This document shows positions 16,676-20,000 of a stretch of DNA of 20,000 nt, one piece after another. Both the position numbers and the translations under genes were made by a program. The DNA comes from an uncultured virus (IMG/VR IMGVR_UViG_3300027971_000053). Its lineage: Duplodnaviria > Heunggongvirae > Uroviricota > Caudoviricetes. Location: IMG/VR virus record IMGVR_UViG_3300027971_000053. One strand, written 5' to 3'. Under the pieces are notes generated by a model that saw only the letters and a program-made list of their open reading frames with translations, did no database searches and had not been told where the DNA came from. Position 1 is the stretch's first letter. Each line of letters starts with the position of its first letter.

Positions 16676-17098
16676 TTACTTGCGTGAAACACGCTTGAAA
16701 AACTTCTCCTGCTGAGCTTTAGTCATTGACTCAACCAAAGCCAAAGCCTGCTCCACAACATCTACCTGAGCTGATACTGTTGCTGAGTCCTTCTTAGTCT
16801 CAGGGCGAATGATGTGATACCTAAAGTCAGAATAGGCTCTTGAATAGGCGTTGTTGTGCTCCTTGTTGCGTTGTGTACGGCTCTTGGAGAGAATTCTCTC
16901 CGCAACTTGTTGCGTAACATCTAACTGACCCATCAAGTGTTGCGTGACCCACTCCTTGAGCCTGTCGGCTCGTGTTGTGCTGTCGGCTTTCTTGTACTCC
17001 AAATGCCACACAAGAGATGACTCACGCAACAAGCGGGCTTGAGTGCCTAGACCAAAGGCGAATTGTGAATAAGATACAACGATTGAGTTTTGTTTCAT
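16676..17098 (-). CDS. first early gene, hypothetical (140 aa)
   Basis: AAGGAG RBS; first ORF downstream of the minus-strand promoters. Confidence 0.8.
   Translation of the reverse strand: MKQNSIVVSYSQFAFGLGTQARLLRESSLVWHLEYKKADSTTRADRLKEWVTQHLMGQLDVTQQVAERILSKSRTQRNKEHNNAYSRAYSDFRYHIIRPETKKDSATVSAQVDVVEQALALVESMTKAQQEKFFKRVSRK
16886..16901. repeat. 16-bp palindrome copy 7 (intragenic)
   Basis: GGAGAGAATTCTCTCC exact; read as AERILS. Confidence 0.97.
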
Positions 17099-17120
17099 GG
17101 TATTACTCCTTGATTAAGAT

Positions 17121-17152
17121 AAAAAAAATCGGCTGAAAACTTCTCAACCGAT
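17121..17152 (-). terminator. terminator-like leader hairpin before the first early gene
   Basis: Minus strand ATCGGTTGA-gaagttt-TCAGCCGAT running into a T8 tract. Confidence 0.65.
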
Positions 17153-17320
17153 ACCTCTATTATAAAGATTGGGGTATTTTTTAAACGATTTGAACCCCAC
17201 CCGATACCCACCAACCTGTTTGGTCGTCAAGCCTGCTTGTCCCCCAGATCACTGTTCCTCAGCCATTCCGTTGAATTTTGTCAAATCTTGTATAAAAGCG
17301 ATTTACCGGGGGGTATAAAT

Positions 17321-17349
17321 TTTATAAAAAATGCTAGGGGTTATGTCAA
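17321..17349 (-). promoter_or_regulatory. sigma70 promoter for the early arm
   Basis: Minus strand TTGACA-17 nt-TATAAA; another minus-strand TATAAT lies at 17159-17164. Confidence 0.65.
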
Positions 17350-17402
17350 ACTTTATACAGAAAAGTGCATGAAATTTCAATAAAAAAACATGCAAAACTA
17401 AA

Positions 17403-17433
17403 TGATGCAGCGCAACAAAATGTGTAATATAAT
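17403..17433 (+). promoter_or_regulatory. promoter of the 38-aa ORF with an overlapping PhaR-like inverted repeat
   Basis: TGATGC-AGC-GCAACA at 17403-17417 covers the -35 position; TATAAT at 17428-17433. Confidence 0.5.
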
Positions 17434-17463
17434 ACACAAACTAATAACCTAAAGGAGAAAACC

Positions 17464-17580
17464 ATGTTTGATTTCACTAAACAAACCAAGCAGTTCGAGC
17501 AGTTGGCAGAGCGCATCAAGGAAGTAAACGATTTTTGGATCGACGCTTTTATTTCAAGCATCAAGCAGTTCACTAAGTAA
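17464..17580 (+). CDS. small amphipathic helical protein (38 aa)
   Basis: Manual translation: MFDFTKQTKQFEQLAERIKEVNDFWIDAFISSIKQFTK; AAGGAG RBS and upstream TATAAT. Confidence 0.75.
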   Translation: MFDFTKQTKQFEQLAERIKEVNDFWIDAFISSIKQFTK

Positions 17581-17667
17581 TAAAAAACCCCCACGTCTTA
17601 GGTGGGGGTTCAAAAAATGCCCTACTAATCAACACCAACGCCCAAACGAAGGAGGAAAAGCGCTGGT
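17581..17667 (-). ncRNA. candidate small RNA with anti-Shine-Dalgarno loop
   Basis: Minus-strand TATAAT at 17674-17679; 5' hairpin ACCAGCGCUU/GGGCGUUGGU with loop UUCCUCCUUCGUUU; 3' intrinsic terminator. Confidence 0.6.
17582..17610 (-). terminator. intrinsic terminator (minus-oriented, possibly bidirectional)
   Basis: AACCCCCAC-ctaagac-GTGGGGGTT running into a T tract on the minus strand. Confidence 0.8.
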
Positions 17668-17750
17668 AAACAAATTATACACAAAAACTAAAAAACAATA
17701 TATACTCCAGCCATACGTGAGCACCACACGCAACCAAAGGGGAATAGCAT

Positions 17751-18329
17751 TTGTTTTTAGAACACCTAGTCACAGCATCTGCAGCAGACTTTGTACCGGA
17801 CATCCTGCCCGACAAGACCCCTTTCACTGAATTAAATACCACCACACCAGCGCAAACGCTAAACGCCCAGAAGAAAACATCTGACTGGTTAGCCCAGTTT
17901 GACGACGATGACGAAGCAACGCTTACTAAAACCCAAGAAGAAAAAGTAACCGACACTTTCAACGCTTTAACCCGTGCAGACCCCAACGCAAAAAACAAAT
18001 TACTACAGCTCGACCTGCCAGAAGAGATAAAAGCAGCTATTGGAATGGTGACGGCCTACCAGTGGAAGTTTGTTGAGCAGGCAGAAAACTTAAGAAGCCT
18101 TGCGGTATCGAAAATAGTAAAAGAAATTGAGCACCCCGACGCCCGTATCAGGCTTAAAGCATTGGAAATGCTAGGAAAAGTTACAGAAGTGGCGTTGTTC
18201 ACCGACAGAGTCCAAGTAAAAACAGAAGAAATCAGTGACGAAGAGTTAGATAAACAGATCAAAGACAAACTTGAGCGGTACATGGGCGCTGTTGATGTAG
18301 TAGATGCCGATGTTAAGGATGTAGAGTAG
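17751..18329 (+). CDS. terS: probable terminase small subunit
   Basis: Directly upstream of terL; helical RLKALEMLGK motif and acidic tail; TTG start uncertain. Confidence 0.65.
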   Translation: MFLEHLVTASAADFVPDILPDKTPFTELNTTTPAQTLNAQKKTSDWLAQFDDDDEATLTKTQEEKVTDTFNALTRADPNAKNKLLQLDLPEEIKAAIGMVTAYQWKFVEQAENLRSLAVSKIVKEIEHPDARIRLKALEMLGKVTEVALFTDRVQVKTEEISDEELDKQIKDKLERYMGAVDVVDADVKDVE

Positions 18330-18331
18330 TC

Positions 18332-19864
18332 GTGGATTTAGATTTTTTAACTCCCGAAGAAGCCTTGGCAGCACAAAAGGCACTCAAAGACATGAATAAA
18401 GCGCAAAAGATTGCATATCTGAATCTTTTGGAGAAGAAAGAAGAGCGCGGTAATTTAAAACTAGCGCAGACAAGCCCGATAGAGTTCGCAAAACGCGTAT
18501 ATCCTGGGTTTAAAGTAGGCCCGCACCATAGAAGGTTAGCTAAAATCTTCCAAGACGTAGTCGATGGTAAGAAAAAGCGGGTTATTATTAATATTGCACC
18601 ACGTATGGGTAAGTCGGAGTTCAGCTCTTACTTATTCCCCGCCTATTTTTTAGGCAACTTCCCCCATAAGAAGATCATCATGGGAACCCATACGGCGTCT
18701 CTCTCCGAAGACTTTGGTCGACGGGTAAGGAACTTAATTGACTCAGAAGAATACAGAGAAATCTTCCCAGATACCGTTGTTGCGGCGGACCAGAAAGCGG
18801 CTGGGAAATGGAGTACAGGTGCTGGTGGTCAGTATTATGCTGCTGGTGTCGGAGGCGCTCTTGCCGGACGGGGTGCTGACTTATTTGTTATTGATGATCC
18901 ACATTCCGAACAAGATATGAAGGCTAACAGCCGCCTAGCGTTTGACAATGCGTGGTCTTGGTTTCAAACAGGTCCGTTGCAACGTTTAATGCCAGGTGGT
19001 GCGATCATTGTGATCATGACTCGGTGGAGTTTGTTAGATTTGACTGGGCGTTTGCTTGACTACCAGACCAAAAACCCAGAAACCATACCTTGGGAGATAG
19101 TTGAGCTACCAGCTATCATGGATGCCGGTACGGAAAATGAGAAATCTTTGTGGCCTGCGCAGTGGAGCCTAGAAGCGTTAAAAAATACCCAGCAGTCCAT
19201 TGACCCACGGTACTGGAACGCCCAGTACATGCAAAATCCCACTAGTGACATGAGCGCATTAGTTGGAAGAAAAGATTGGAAGATATGGGAAGACGATGAT
19301 CCACCCAAGTGTGAGTACGTAATCCAGTCTTGGGATACGGCGTTCGAGACAAAGAACAACTCAGACTATTCTGCTTGCACAACCTGGGGTGTTTTCTACG
19401 ATAACGAGGATAAACGCAACCCCAACATCATCTTGCTAGACGCTTTTAAAGACCGCATGACCTTTCCAGAGCTAAAGCAAATTGCACTCAAACACTACAA
19501 AGAGTGGACGCCAGATGCTTTCATTGTGGAGAAAAAGGCGGCGGGTGCGCCGTTGATACAAGAGCTGCGGTTGATTGGAATACCTGTACAAGAATTTTCT
19601 CCATCCAGAGGCAACGACAAGATGGTCAGATTGAACGCTGTAGCTGATCTGTTTACAAGTGGTAAAGTATGGGCACCAGATACCCGCTGGGCAAGAGAAG
19701 TGATTGAAGAAATTGCATCGTTTCCAGTTGGCGAACACGATGACTTCGTGGATACTTGCACACAGGCGCTACTGCGTTATCGGCAGGGGGGCTTTATTAG
19801 CCTTGAAACAGATGAACAAGAAGATTTAACTTACAAATACCGCAGACGTGCGGCATATTACTAG
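18332..19864 (+). CDS. terL: terminase large subunit
   Basis: Walker A IAPRMGKS, Walker B FVIDDP, IMTRW, YMQNP; nuclease domain QSWDTA...DYSA...IVEKKAAG...HDDFVD. Confidence 0.96.
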   Translation: MDLDFLTPEEALAAQKALKDMNKAQKIAYLNLLEKKEERGNLKLAQTSPIEFAKRVYPGFKVGPHHRRLAKIFQDVVDGKKKRVIINIAPRMGKSEFSSYLFPAYFLGNFPHKKIIMGTHTASLSEDFGRRVRNLIDSEEYREIFPDTVVAADQKAAGKWSTGAGGQYYAAGVGGALAGRGADLFVIDDPHSEQDMKANSRLAFDNAWSWFQTGPLQRLMPGGAIIVIMTRWSLLDLTGRLLDYQTKNPETIPWEIVELPAIMDAGTENEKSLWPAQWSLEALKNTQQSIDPRYWNAQYMQNPTSDMSALVGRKDWKIWEDDDPPKCEYVIQSWDTAFETKNNSDYSACTTWGVFYDNEDKRNPNIILLDAFKDRMTFPELKQIALKHYKEWTPDAFIVEKKAAGAPLIQELRLIGIPVQEFSPSRGNDKMVRLNAVADLFTSGKVWAPDTRWAREVIEEIASFPVGEHDDFVDTCTQALLRYRQGGFISLETDEQEDLTYKYRRRAAYY

Positions 19865-19872
19865 GACCAAAA

Positions 19873-20000
19873 ATGAGCATAGAAAAAAGTTTATACGCCG
19901 CCCCACAGGGTTTAGCAAGCATAGAACAAGAGCCAGACATTGAAATTGAGATCGAAGATCCAGAATCAGTAAAACTTAGCCTTGACGGTGAAGAAATCCT
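19873..20000 (+). CDS. probable portal protein, N-terminus (runs off window end)
   Basis: MSIEKSLYAAPQGLASIEQEPDIEIEIEDPESV..., an acidic N-terminus immediately after terL; the call rests mainly on synteny. Confidence 0.6.
   Translation, partial: MSIEKSLYAAPQGLASIEQEPDIEIEIEDPESVKLSLDGEEI

Noticed and set aside
12628..16901. CRISPR array interpretation of the repeated palindrome, given the Cas4-like nuclease
   Set aside because: The repeats are only 16 bp, spaced 180-1800 bp apart and partly intragenic. Stand-alone Cas4-like exonucleases are ordinary phage replication/recombination genes.
17346..17998. Minus-strand ORFs 17346-17594 and 17675-17998
   Set aside because: Antisense to the RBS-supported 38-aa ORF and to terS; their composition reflects AT-rich regulatory DNA.
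19587..19602. Partial palindrome match (AGAATTTTCTCC) in terL
   Set aside because: Only about 11 of 16 positions match, the left arm is missing, and it is explained by coding sequence (QEFSP).
1..20000. tRNA, rRNA, integrase or transposase genes
   Set aside because: None recognised by eye; a tRNAscan/HMM run would be needed to exclude them formally.

Overview
A 20-kb segment of a tailed dsDNA phage (Caudoviricetes); a betaproteobacterial host is a tentative inference. Positions 1-17098 are a long minus-strand arm. In transcription order it carries many small early genes, an AAA+ ATPase / metallopeptidase-vWA / DUF3150-like module, and a replication cluster (VRR-NUC, GT-A glycosyltransferase-like protein, family A DNA polymerase, Cas4-like nuclease, HNH, SNF2-like helicase). 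A divergent control region at about 17100-17750 precedes the plus-strand packaging genes (terS, terL, probable portal start). Main non-coding signals: (1) the 16-bp palindrome GGAGAGAATTCTCTCC occurs 7 times, seen only within 12.6-16.9 kb, both between genes and inside ORFs in all three reading frames; (2) a candidate ~87-nt minus-strand sRNA with an anti-Shine-Dalgarno loop, convergent with a 38-aa ORF whose promoter overlaps a PhaR-like box; (3) an origin-like AT-rich island bounded by 18-bp inverted repeats; (4) a terminator-like leader hairpin and an RNase III-like stem at the start of the early arm. All calls are by eye; no database searches were run.
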